Assembly: GCA_048772705.1 (NCBI GenBank) | Contig: JBLWGC010000136.1 | Span: forward strand, 56,123 to 120,122 | DNA: 64,000 nt | From: Leidyana gryllorum EB-2025a | Taxonomy: Eukaryota > Protista > Apicomplexa | Reading direction: 5' to 3' | Shown: in pieces, positions 11,348-22,509 of the stretch | Layout: every line of letters begins with the position of its first letter | Numbering within the stretch: the stretch's first letter is position 1 | The notes under the pieces: generated by a model | The model's input: only the letters and a program-made list of their open reading frames with translations | Told to the model about the DNA's origin: nothing | The model's database searches: none | Program-made: the position numbers and the translations under genes

Positions 11348-12610
11348 ATGGAAATTGGTTTGTGTGACTCCACGAGCAGATCCGATGAGCAACTGGGATT
11401 TCTGAGGTGGGTGTTGCGCTATGGTAACATCAACTTCGAAGAGATCATACCACACCGAATTAACCCTCGCCCATACGTCACTCTCAACGGCGTTCGTCAC
11501 TCCCAAGTTCACGCGATCACTATATTGTACGCTGAGCAACTGGGATTGATGGATCGGTTGGATGGGGTGGCGTTTCTCAGAGATCTATCCTTACTCGAAT
11601 GTCTGAAAAAGCTTGCGAATGTTGGTACTGTTGAGCTCGAACGTCGTCGTGTGCTCAATGGTATGGAGAAGATTATAGCCCGGAATCCTCCGAGCGGACC
11701 GCAAATTTCACTCGTTCAACTTATTGCTCCGTATGTCTTGCACATACACATAAAATCCACCCGTCATGGCAAAGATTACCCGAGTTTGACTAAGGTAGGA
11801 TGCCACCTCGCGACAAATATGTTGTGGTATTCTTAGGTTGCGGACTCCGTGCTCAACGATGACTTTGTTCGCCTCCTGATATCGCATCAACCGACTGTTG
11901 AATCGCACTTGGTGTCCCAATTGACCGAATTTACGTGCCCGTCGTTGATGTCAGGAGGCTCTGCCCTGCCAGAGCTTCCGAGGTTGATTGGACCTCCCCA
12001 CACGGGCAATGTAGACATTATTCGGCTCTTGATGATCAAGGCTGGATATGAATTTCTGGACGAGCGCCTCCCTCAAAGTGCACTCATAGCTCGAATGGAA
12101 CAGTTGGACACTCCGTCCAATCATTCTGTAGCTTTGATGCGAGATCGGGAAGTGTTCAGTGGCGAGGATTGCTCGTTCCTGATTGATTATGTCCTGGCTT
12201 TGGACGGTGACTTCACAGCCGGTTGGACACACGAGCAAAGATTGGAACATGACATGTTTCTCCGCCACTGTATTGTTTTTTGCCGGGAATACGAGGCGAT
12301 GGTCATTTCAGCGCGGGGAGGTACTTTGGCGCGTGCAGACGACACCAGTCGAAAAGTGCGCAAACTTCGGACACTGCTTGGTCACATTGAACTGATGATC
12401 ACACAAGGCCCTCTGCTAACATCCTCCTGGGCAGCTGTTGGTATATATGTAGTATGGGTATTGGCTAGTAACTGCTTGTGCATGGGAGGGGGAGCGGAGC
12501 TCAGTCGGCTATACCCTCGCCTCACTCGTGCAGCGGGTAACCACCGAAGCGACCCGGACTTCGATGATGAATTGTTTGAGCAGCTTTCTCACGACGTTTA
12601 CATGATCTGA
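11348..12610 (+). CDS. Protein with two tandem, degenerate glutathione S-transferase-like domains
   Basis: Intron 11795-11836 joins two ORFs. GST-N-like segments: LRWVLRYGNINFEE...PYVTLNGVRHSQVHAITILYAEQLGL and GNVDIIRLLMIKAGYEFLDERL. GST-C-like segments: QISLVQL...DYPSL and SSWAAV...LYPRL. Confidence 0.6.
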
Positions 12611-12680
12611 GGAGCATCGCGAGCTCATCAACATTTTGAGACTGACAACTTTCAATTATTCATCCTGAGAGAGAGGAAGG

Positions 12681-14648
12681 CTATGGTTGTAGCCAGAAAT
12701 TATACTTCATGAGAACCTTGAATATCTTGAGGAGCAGGTGCTCAAAATCATTGATCTCGCCATGTAGCAATTTGTACATCAGAGCTGATGTGTTTAGCGA
12801 CCGTGCTTTTACCCGCAAACCCGACTTGATCCGATTTATCATCCATTCTTGATACTTTTTGATGTCATGAGAACGCGTGCAGCTCTCGCCAAATCTACAC
12901 CTTCTGTACAAATGAAGGAGGCAATTTAGCGGGGAGAGACTCGAAATACTCACCTGAATCGCAGGTAGGGCTCGCAAATATTGAACTCTTGCCAAATCCG
13001 ACAATGAGTATCTGCAACAGTGATGAAACGACGGATCGAAATCGCAAGTTTCTCACCGGAACGGCTGACCTCCGGGCCATTCAAAGCTTCCCCTCGTTTG
13101 GATTCGTAGAACCGCACATACTGGTGGCTCTGAGGTACTACGCCACCGTCATTCTCCGCCCGCTTCCACAGCAAACGATCATTTCGTTCCAAACGCGCTC
13201 GCTTATTTCCTTCCAATCCTGATCGCAACATCCGCTCAAGTTCCGATACTGGAGGCTCGGACACCTCTTGTGCCGCAGTCGTATCCGTAGACGTCTGCTT
13301 CACCTTTCGTCTGTGCTTGCGCGCTGCAAGCCAAGCTTCTGTCTCGCTCTTGCTCTCAGTAACCGATACTCTGAAGAAAACGCATCACTCTGACAACGAC
13401 ATCATTGAGGGACAACAAAGGTACACTGATCGCCACTGCTCAACCCAACTGTCGGTTAACCGCGTGGCCATCTCACACAGAGATATGCAATGAGTATGTC
13501 TCCGACACAGCACATCAATCCACCCATCAAGAAGCAATCGCCTGTGTCTTCCCGTGATTTCGGAGCGCCGACTTATGTATGTATCGCGACCCTAACTCGA
13601 AGTCACTCTTCGAGAAAAATATATCCCGGCACAGCCATTCAGCCATGGTGCTGGAGATATATCCAGGTCCATCCCGACGAGTTTCAGAAACCAGCCGGGA
13701 GACTGGGGTGGAGATGCTCCGGAACTATCATCAGCCGGAGAGGTCCGCACAGAAAGGGAAGCCGGGCGACGTCGATACACATTTGATTATCACTCACCCA
13801 TTTACATCCTTGATATGAGTCATTCTATGCACGAGCAGCAGCGTGACAGGTCCGGACCAAGAACAAGCCTCCTCATCGCATGAGACATGATCTTCGTTGA
13901 GATGCATATCATAACGTGCAGCTGTTCTGAGGTTCCGGTCACAAACAGCGCAGTAATGAGGACCACGCGGCGGTTCAATATAAGTCGCGGGCCATCTTCC
14001 TGGCGGAGGAGGAGGAGGGGGCGGAGGGGGAGGGGGTGCGGTGAAAAATGGAGGGGGAGGAGGAATGTTCTCTGATCCGGGCCCCACCATCCAGGGCGGG
14101 CACAGCGATGGCGCACGTCCATGGACCGGTGGAGGGGGAGGTGGCGGTGGTGGTGGAGGAGGCGGTGGAGGAGGAGGTGGAGGTCGACGTAGTTGTGGTG
14201 GAGCTGAAATGGTCGCCGTCCTGGAATACACTTGCGCTTGCGGACGAGACACAACAGGAAGACGGACAGGCACCACAGTGGACGGTACCTCCTCGGTCAG
14301 CGTTGCAGCATCCATATTTTCGTCGTCGTCAGATTTCACAACAAGCGGGTCACCGAGTGTCGAGGTGCCCAGTGCTCCCTCCTCTGGTGGTGGGTCTTCC
14401 CCACCGTGAGCAGCAGCAAACCTGTGATCACTTGTCGTGCTGGGCTTGGAGCCTGCCCCTGTTTCATAAGGCAAAGTTACTGGAGGGTGGTCTTCTGACG
14501 CGTCATTCTTCCCCTCAACTATTACGCATTCCTCATCATCTGTGCTCAAACAACCTTCCTCTTTATCATCTCTTTTAAGTAGAAGTTCTCCAAGGTCCGT
14601 ACTTGGAATGTTGGACGGACGACGCGCTCGTTTCCGATCCGTTACCAT
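12681..14648 (-). CDS. NUFIP1: NUFIP1/Rsa1-like box C/D snoRNP assembly factor with poly-Pro, C2H2 and CCCH fingers
   Basis: CAVCDRNL...YDMHLNEDHVSCDEEACSW fingers. After intron 13371-13797 comes ESKSETEAWLAARK (PEP-domain-like). C-terminus LMYKLLHGEINDFEHLLLKIFKVLMKYNFW resembles the NUFIP1 tail. Start codon uncertain. Confidence 0.75.
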
Positions 14649-14789
14649 GGGTGGTGGCGGAGGCCTTTTCTTCAGGTGCTGAGCCGCCACGCCAACCCAC
14701 ATCAGGCTGTGATAACCACTCAAACTCAGGAACAAGCAAAATAGGGGCAGGAGCCGCCACTGCCCAGTTGAGTGGGTTGAAAAAACGAA

Positions 14790-15565
14790 TTTATGATACT
14801 TCGTTCAGAGTTCGCCAATACAGGCAATGATAATACTTGTGGATCTACAGCTCTACGTAGGAAAAAGAGCCTCTTAGCATGTAGGTGCAGTGCATAGACC
14901 TCCGAACCATAGCCAGTGGTACCTCTCTTTGGAACGCGAGCCTGAAGCGGAGGTTCGCCAAGCACTCCCACGGAGCACCGCCTGAAGAGCCTCGTAACAA
15001 AGAATGGAAGACAAATCACCTGCGCTGATCGGGGAAACAGTACTGGGATGTCGAGTGTCTCGGCTTGTTGGCTCAGAATCAGCACGCAGATGTCCGCCAT
15101 TGAAGCCTCGGTCGTACCTTCTTGTGCCGCTTCGATGGGCGCCCACAAGTTTTCGATCGACTCGAAAGCGTCGGAAATCCGGCTGATGTTCGCGGAGCCG
15201 TCAGCCTCATCCGTGGCCTGGAGCGTGTCAAGACACAGTTCTACCACACTGAGCCATGCTGCATATGGCCCTCCCTGAAAAAATGGTATCAGATCCAACA
15301 ACTCTGCCACGAACAGAGTGCATGTGAAGGCTCCAGGGAAGAGGCGATCATTGTAGATGAAGAGGGGTAACTACTTGACGGTGAACAGTATCGGCAGGGG
15401 TACGCCCACCTCGCTAGTTGGAGAACGAGCTGCCACATGATTGGCTAAGTCTTCAGATTCAACGGGAACTACCGAAATTGAAGAATGGGGCGCTCGGGAC
15501 AGTGCCAATTGGATTGGTTGGGTAACCCTGCACGAAGTTGACAGGTAAAGGACATTACGATCCAT
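14790..15565 (-). CDS. Hypothetical protein, spliced
   Basis: ORFs 15371..15565 and 14726..15310 with intron-like gaps. 3' end uncertain. Confidence 0.4.
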
Positions 15566-17332
15566 TTTTTCTCGAAGTCGGATGTGTTTATGTAGCAGAC
15601 GAAGCTAGCAGCAGAATACTCGACAAAGCGTTACATTGCGAGGTATTTGCCGCAACCCCGACAGATTGGCGCCGGAAACTACCAAAAACGCTATCTCGTT
15701 CTAGTAGCCTCGCTGATCGGTTTCACGCTCATCCAATATGCATCGTCCCTATATCGTCGGACAATGACAAGTGGAGCCGTAGTGCGTATTCATCCCTGCC
15801 TCACTCTCAGGCACGGTTGATCATTCAGGCCATTGGTGGAATGGAGGGTTGCCTTCTGAGCCATCCTGTTGTCCAACAGTTCCGCTCTCGACGTGAAAAG
15901 TACAACGCCATCTTCGGCCACGGATAATCAGGGCATAATGCGATTCAGCAAGCTGGGAAGCCGCCTGCACTGGCTGCCGTCCCAGCAATTCCGTGTCGTT
16001 TGCGTGGGAGACATAGGAATATACGAATCTCGCATCCACATGTGAGCTTGCAGAAACTACTATGTGCGTTTCTGAACACCTTTCGCTTCAAAAGAGTAGC
16101 CAAAGTCCTTCAGGCGCTCATCCTGGCCTGAAACCGACGTAGGCGATTCAGTGGCCCGGGGACACAATAGGTGCAGAACCCGCTGTTGCGATTCGAATAC
16201 TCATGTGTCACGCTGGGCCACCGACGCTTACGCGGTTAGTAGGCCATGACACCTCGGACAAGCCAGCAGCAACATGATTGATCAAGTCGCTTCTGCTGTC
16301 ACGCGAGGCGTAGGAAGCGGCATATGCGATTGCAATGCCTTGGTGTCAGACGAGGCTGGAGAATCGACAGATGCGATCCAACTGCCATGTCGTCACCCGA
16401 GGCAAAGAACCTACGAATGCAACCATTTTGCCTATCAATTGTCACGGATCAGGAACAATTGCGCCAACTGAAAGATCTGAGGGTGTGCCAGCTTCTGAGG
16501 CGAAGACCTGAAATTTTTCCGAAGCAAGTCCCCCAGTTGCGTTGCACTGACAACTATAAACCGATTGAAAATTTGTTCCTTTATTGCACCATGTCGCACA
16601 CACTTTGAGATCCAGAAAGCCGCTTTTGCTGCAGATGTCAATTATCACCGTTCCATCGATGCGTCCTTCCTTCCTGTGCTGAGCTTCTGTGCGACGTCGA
16701 CCGGTACACTACCATTTGAACACGCTATGCCTGGGATACGCGGTGGGACTCTAAATGCGGATCAGACGGTATAGGTGGGTGGTGAGCGGTTAAGGAGCGA
16801 GTCGGTGGCGTGGCACTGGTGGAAACTTGTGTCTCACGGGAGTTCTTTACCTCAGATGCGAGTCGGCACCAGATAACTATGTTGGGAGGTATCTAAGGGA
16901 TGCAAGGAGTGAAACCCCCAGCGAAGCGCAGACCGGACAGTACATAGTTCTGTTCCTCTACAGGTACATCAGCATGAAAGATAGGTGCTTGTGGGGAGGA
17001 TTAGCCTAACGTTATCATTTTTTTGTAGTTGGAAAAGGCGAGCATCTGTACCCTATTCATCATTCACAAAAAAGACCGACTAGGCGTAATGCTAGTATAT
17101 TGTATGTCCCCCTGCAGGAGCGAAGGGGAGAGACGGCGAGACCGGGGCGGGCACTAATATCTGATCATTGATGTGTGGGAGGGCGCCGAGACCGGGGAGG
17201 GCACTAATATCTGATCATTGATGTGTGGGGAGCAGCCCGGAACATATTGTATGTCCCCCTGTAGGAGGGAAGGGGGCAAAGCGGAGAGACGCAGACACCG
17301 GAGCGGGCACTAATATCTGATCATTGATGTGT

Positions 17333-17545
17333 GGGAGGGAGCCGAGACCGGGGAGGGAGCCGAGACCGGGGAGGGAGCCGAGACCGGGGAGGGAGCCGAG
17401 ACCGGGGAGGGAGCCGAGACCGGGGAGGGAGCCGAGACCGGGGAGGGAGCCGAGACCGGGGAGGGAGCCGAGACCGGGGAGGGAGCCGAGACCGGGGAGG
17501 GAGCCGAGACCGGGGAGGGAGCCGAGACCGGGGAGGGAGCCGAGA
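17333..17545. repeat. 18-bp minisatellite GGGAGGGAGCCGAGACCG x ~11.7 (copy 1)
   Basis: Directly visible; the ORF track shows (GREPRP)n. Confidence 0.97.
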
Positions 17546-17718
17546 TCTGATCATTGATGTGTGGGAAGGCGCCGAGACCGGGGAGGGCACTAATATCTGA
17601 TCATTGATGTGTGGGGAGCAGCCCGGAACATATTGTATGTCCCCCTGTAGGAGGGAAGGGGGCAAAGCGGAGAGACGCAGACACCGGAGCGGGCACTAAT
17701 ATCTGATCATTGATGTGT

Positions 17719-17931
17719 GGGAGGGAGCCGAGACCGGGGAGGGAGCCGAGACCGGGGAGGGAGCCGAGACCGGGGAGGGAGCCGAGACCGGGGAGGGAGC
17801 CGAGACCGGGGAGGGAGCCGAGACCGGGGAGGGAGCCGAGACCGGGGAGGGAGCCGAGACCGGGGAGGGAGCCGAGACCGGGGAGGGAGCCGAGACCGGG
17901 GAGGGAGCCGAGACCGGGGAGGGAGCCGAGA
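17719..17931. repeat. 18-bp minisatellite x ~11.7 (copy 2; part of a 386-bp duplication)
   Basis: Identical ORF translations at 17321..17665 and 17707..18051, offset 386 bp. Confidence 0.97.
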
Positions 17932-19440
17932 TCTGATCATTGATGTGTGGGAAGGCGCCGAGACCGGGGAGGGCACTAATATCTGATCATTGATGTGTGG
18001 GGAGCAGCCCGGAACATATTGTATGTCCCCCTGTAGGAGGGAAGGGGGCAAAGCGGAGAGACGCAGACACCGGAGCGGGCACTAATATCTGATCATTGAT
18101 GTGTGGGAGGGCGCCGAGACCGGGGGCACTAATATCTGATCATTGATGTGTGGGAGGGCGCCGAGACCGGGGGCACTAATATCTGATCATTGATGTGTGG
18201 GAGGGCGCCGAGACCGGGGGCACTAATATCTGATCATTGATGTGTGGGAGGGCGCCGAGACCGGGGGCACTAATATCTGATCATTGATGTGTGGGAGGGC
18301 GCCGAGACCGGGGAGGGCACTAATATCTGATCATTGATGTGTGGGAGGGCGCCGAGACCGGGGGCACTAATATCTGATCATTGATGTGTGGGAGGGCGCC
18401 GAGACCGGGGGCACTAATATCTGATCATTGATGTGTGGGAGGGCGCCGAGACCGGGGGCACTAATATCTGATCATTGATGTGTGGGAGGGCGCCGAGACC
18501 GGGGAGGGCACTAATATCTGATCATTGATGTGTGGGAAGGCGCCGAGACCGGGGAGGGCACTAATATCTGATCATTGATGTGTGGGAGGGAGTCGAGACC
18601 GGGGGCACTAATATCTGATCATTGATGTGTGGGAGGGCGCCGAGACCGGGGGCACTAATATCTGATCATTGATGTGTGGGAGGGCGCCGAGACCGGGGAG
18701 GGCGCCGAGACCGGGGAGGGCACTAATATCTGATCATTGATGTGTGGGAAGGCGCCGAGACCGGGGGCACTAATATCTGATCATTGATGTGTGGGGAGCA
18801 GCCCGGAACATATTGTATGTCCCCCTGTAGGAGGGAAGGGGGCAAAGCGGAGAGACGCAGACACCGGAGCGGGCACTAATATCTGATCATTGATGTGTGG
18901 GAGGGCGCCGAGACCGGGGGCACTAATATCTGATCATTGATGTGTGGGAGGGCGCCGAGACCGGGGGCACTAATATCTGATCATTGATGTGTGGGAGGGC
19001 GCCGAGACCGGGGAGGGCACTAATATCTGATCATTGATGTGTGGGAGGGAGCCGAGACCGGGGAGGGCACTAATATCTGATCATTGATGTGTGGGAAGGC
19101 GCCGAGACCGGAGCGGGCACTAATATCTGATCATTGATGTGTGGGAGGGAGCCGAGACCGGGGAGGGCACTAATATCTGATCATTGATGTGTGGGAAGGC
19201 GCCGAGACCGGAGCGGGCACTAATATCTGATCATTGATGTGTGGGAAGGCGCCGAGACCGGAGCGGGCACTAATATCTGATCATTGATGTGTGGGAGGGC
19301 GCCGAGACCGGAGCGGGCACTAATATCTGATTATTGATGTGTGGAGAGCAGCCCGGACAATTTATAGATTGTTCATCTCTAGGGGAAAGGGGAGACGCGG
19401 CGAGTCACCAGCGATCGGAGACGCGGCAACTAATATCTGA

Positions 19441-20966
19441 TCATTGATGTGTGGGTGTATTGTATGTCCCCCTGTATGGATCCAACGTATGTGTGATGGA
19501 GTGATCCACCGCTACCCTAGCAGCACTTTTCGCTAGTTCAAAAGTCTTGGGTTTCCTCGACTTTCCTGAGAAGCTGCTCACTGTCCGGGTTAGTTGCGCC
19601 TCTTGTGACGGAGAAGTGGGTCGTGGCCAGATGAACAGATGAGGATAGACTGCCACCCACAGCAGACAGATCACCAACAGGAAGAGTGCACCAGTGAGCA
19701 GCAGGACCTTTAGAGGTGTGACCAGACAGAGCCCCAGCACCCCCCCGAAGCTCACTCCGGCCACTTCCGCCAAAAATCCACCGCTTTCTATCACACTCAC
19801 TGACGCACGACCATATATGACTCCTCCTGCTCCACTCAACACCAGAAAGGGGAAGACATCGGCTCGGCTCAGAAAGCTAGAGAAGTCCAATGTGGAGTTC
19901 ACCATGGAACTTCCAAAGAACAAAGCAAAGCTCAGAGCGCACAATGCCCCCCTGTATCCAACCCAAGTGGATTGAGTAGGAATGGTGTGACGCAAGACTC
20001 GCTCCTCGAATGTGAGGAACAAAATCCGAGCCAAGGTCGCCAAGGCACCCACCAGCATACTGGAGGTGAAGTTGAACCATCCACTCGGGTCCGCCGACAT
20101 GAGCACGCAAGCTTGAGCGCCAAGAAGGAGCAGCGCATGCCAGCCAGGGCATCCTCGGCAGTTGACTATGAGGAGAGAAATACAAATGGCCATAACGGCA
20201 TCCAAACCGTTCACCATTACGGTTGGATTGCCGAGGCCCAACATCAACCACCACACAAACTGCAGCAGCGGAGCTACCAGCCAAAAACGAGTAGCTTCAT
20301 TGTACTGGAGCTCTCTGTCGCCTGCGCTGGTGGTGATTGAGAGGGCATCAGATATCATGTGTCGCAGGTCAGGCTTCACTTGAGCCAGTTCTGCCGACAT
20401 CTGCTGGGTGTAGAACCTTGACGCGTCGACCCAACTCGTCACTCCCACGGCTTTGATCTCGCCAGCCGGTCTACCTTCATTGGTTGCCACATTAATGGCA
20501 GTCTGGAAACAAAGGAGATGAGACAGAAGGTGCAATTGCTCCCTACATGTTCAAAAGTGGGTGCAGGAGCAGGAGCAGGTGTTTGTTGCCGCCGCTGCAA
20601 CGCCTTGCGTACGTGACAAAAGCATCTGAAATGTGTTGCCTCGTAGAGAGATTGGAGGAGCCAGAGACTCTCTGGTGCCAACAAAGTAGATTGCGACAGA
20701 AATAAGCGTAACTCACGACCAACTAGCATTATCAAAATTGCTATCCGGAAAACCTGATCGCGCACTCGATTCGCGCACTTGATACAATCTTCATACTGAG
20801 ATACAAACTCATGTCCATCACAACACCAAGCAAAAGTATTCAGATGGTATAGATGGTGAAGACTAGCAGAGATCGCTGTAACCCCCACAACGAGTAGCGA
20901 AAAAGCAACAGCAAGCCATCGAGGCCTCTCCAGCTTCGTAACCTTCTCAAACATCGAACAAGACAT
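19441..20966 (-). CDS. Multi-pass membrane protein, DMT/SLC35 nucleotide-sugar-transporter-like
   Basis: Many hydrophobic helices across ORFs 20439..20966 and 19441..20535 with intervening introns. The family is a guess from topology and weak motifs. Confidence 0.5.
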
Positions 20967-20996
20967 CGTCGTGGACTGAGAGAAATTTTGGAGATA

Positions 20997-22509
20997 ATGG
21001 GTTCAGTGTACGAGGGACCGTTGGATCGCCCTACACAGTTGTCAAGTGGGTATCTGGCACAAAGCGAATATGTATGTCACACAGAGAACGACAGCTCGAC
21101 AGCGGGTATATTGATGTCGACTCCCGTTGTCGACTACTTGACACCTCCAGAACTTTCGCAGGCCCAGCTGGTGTGTTGGAGATGGTGAGGGGATAAGATG
21201 ATATTGATATTGTGCAGGTGGTCAGACCTGAGGTCACCCGAGAGGTTAAAATGCCGTTTCCCATTTGAAACGGCGTTTCCCCCTCCATACAGGAAGTTCT
21301 TCTGGAGAGCTATCTTACAAGGCGATGTGCCATGTCGGTTCGCGAACGAGCAGGAACTGTATGATATTGAGGCCCGCTTGGATGGGGAGTTACCTCGCCA
21401 GCTGCGAATGGAGCTCGATCGGGACATATGTCGCACATATGCCACCCATCCTTTATTCTATCAAGAGACAGTGTTGTCTCCAACATCGAGCAAGCAGGCG
21501 ACAACACTCCAGGATCAGAACGCAGCGCTCCACACGCAGAGGCATTTGAGCACCGGGCATGAACGTTTGCGCAGAATATTGCTTGCAGTTCTCACAAAAG
21601 CCCCCCATCCCACCGACTATTGTCAAGGTCTGAACTACATTGCAGCACTACTGTATGCTGTTTTCGAGCAGAATGAGCTGGTAAACGGGATGACTGGGTC
21701 CATCACTTTCGTTCGCTGCAGGCAACCGCCGAAGCTTTGTACCACTTGCTCTTCACTCGAAACTTTATAGCTCACTTCGAGTGGGCGTTTCGTGATGTCA
21801 AGGTGAGTTCGATGACTCCATACTCTCTCTGTACGTTGACTCAGGCACAATGCACTCTGGTGGAGTCGATGTGCGCTCATCACTGTCCGAATCTGACCAG
21901 CGCATTAGCCAATGCGAATCTGGAGTTGAACATGTTTGCATTCCCCTGGTTACTCCTTTTCTTCACTTACGACTGTCAAGCATCGCATGAAATCTTGTCT
22001 GCGGTGACACCTCTCTGGGATCAGTTTCTTCTACGCGGAGATGATGTGATGATGGCTTTCTGTCACTTGGTGCTGGTTCGATTAGAATGTGAGCTGGGGA
22101 AGCGGAAAGATCTGTCATATGAGGAGTTGATACACCTGGTGAAAGGTAGGATTGCAGTTCGACACAATGAAGCTCTGATGTAGGCATGCCCTCCAAGATG
22201 TTGGCTGAGTATTCCCGTGTTGGAGATAATGGAAACACTATGTTGACAGAGGTTGCCCCCTATTGGCGATTGCGTTGGCGCAAGAGACTTTCAAACTTTT
22301 TCCCAGACATTACCACTCCTCTCTCTCCGCCCTATGACACGGCCACTGAGGGCGTTCCACGACGTCCCAAACGCTTTCCTAGCTTTCTATTTGGTCTGTG
22401 CAGTGGACCTTCGGTAAATCCTTCACCCGATGCGCGCGTAGCTACCACAATGCCATTAGTCCAACCACTGCGACTCAAAGCTCTGCGTAGTTCATCGCCC
22501 CGGAACTGA
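20997..22509 (+). CDS. TBC-domain Rab GTPase-activating protein
   Basis: RKFFWRAIL, catalytic-type LDRDICRT and YCQGLNYIAALL motifs, FAFPWLLLFF, LWDQFL. Several short introns. Confidence 0.9.

Larger units (their letters stand above)
17097..19476. repeat. Modular higher-order tandem repeat array (about 34 copies of core GCACTAATATCTGATCATTGATGTGTGGG)
   Basis: 47- and 50-bp units (core + AGGGCGCCGAGACCGGG[GAG]G). A ~76-bp module occurs at 17230, 17616, 18002 and 18796, degenerate at 19346 and partial at 17097 and 19458. Two 18-bp tandem tracts are embedded. Confidence 0.98.

Noticed and set aside
13589-13596. ACCCTAAC as a telomerase RNA template
   Set aside because: Only 8 nt and antisense to the host gene; expected by chance.
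13681-13775. Hammerhead ribozyme in the NUFIP1 intron (CUGAUGA followed by GAAAC on the minus strand)
   Set aside because: Stem II does not close next to the core (U opposite U), and stems I/III need bulges at the cleavage site.
17321-18051. Repetitive ORFs (RSRLPP)n, (GREPRP)n, (EGAETG)n, (GGSRDR)n
   Set aside because: By-products of a stop-free 18-bp repeat that is open in several frames. The 47/50-bp units are not multiples of three and contain stops.
18078-19330. Polycistronic box C/D snoRNA cluster (each unit runs TGATGT...CTGA on the + strand)
   Set aside because: Box C deviates from RTGATGA, units are only 47-50 nt, all would carry the same guide, and I recognise no rRNA target. Not excluded without small-RNA data.
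17097-19476. CRISPR array (constant ~29-nt partly palindromic repeat, degenerate last copy, AT-rich flank)
   Set aside because: The spacers are near-identical repeats rather than unique sequences, there are no cas genes, and the context is eukaryotic and intron-containing.
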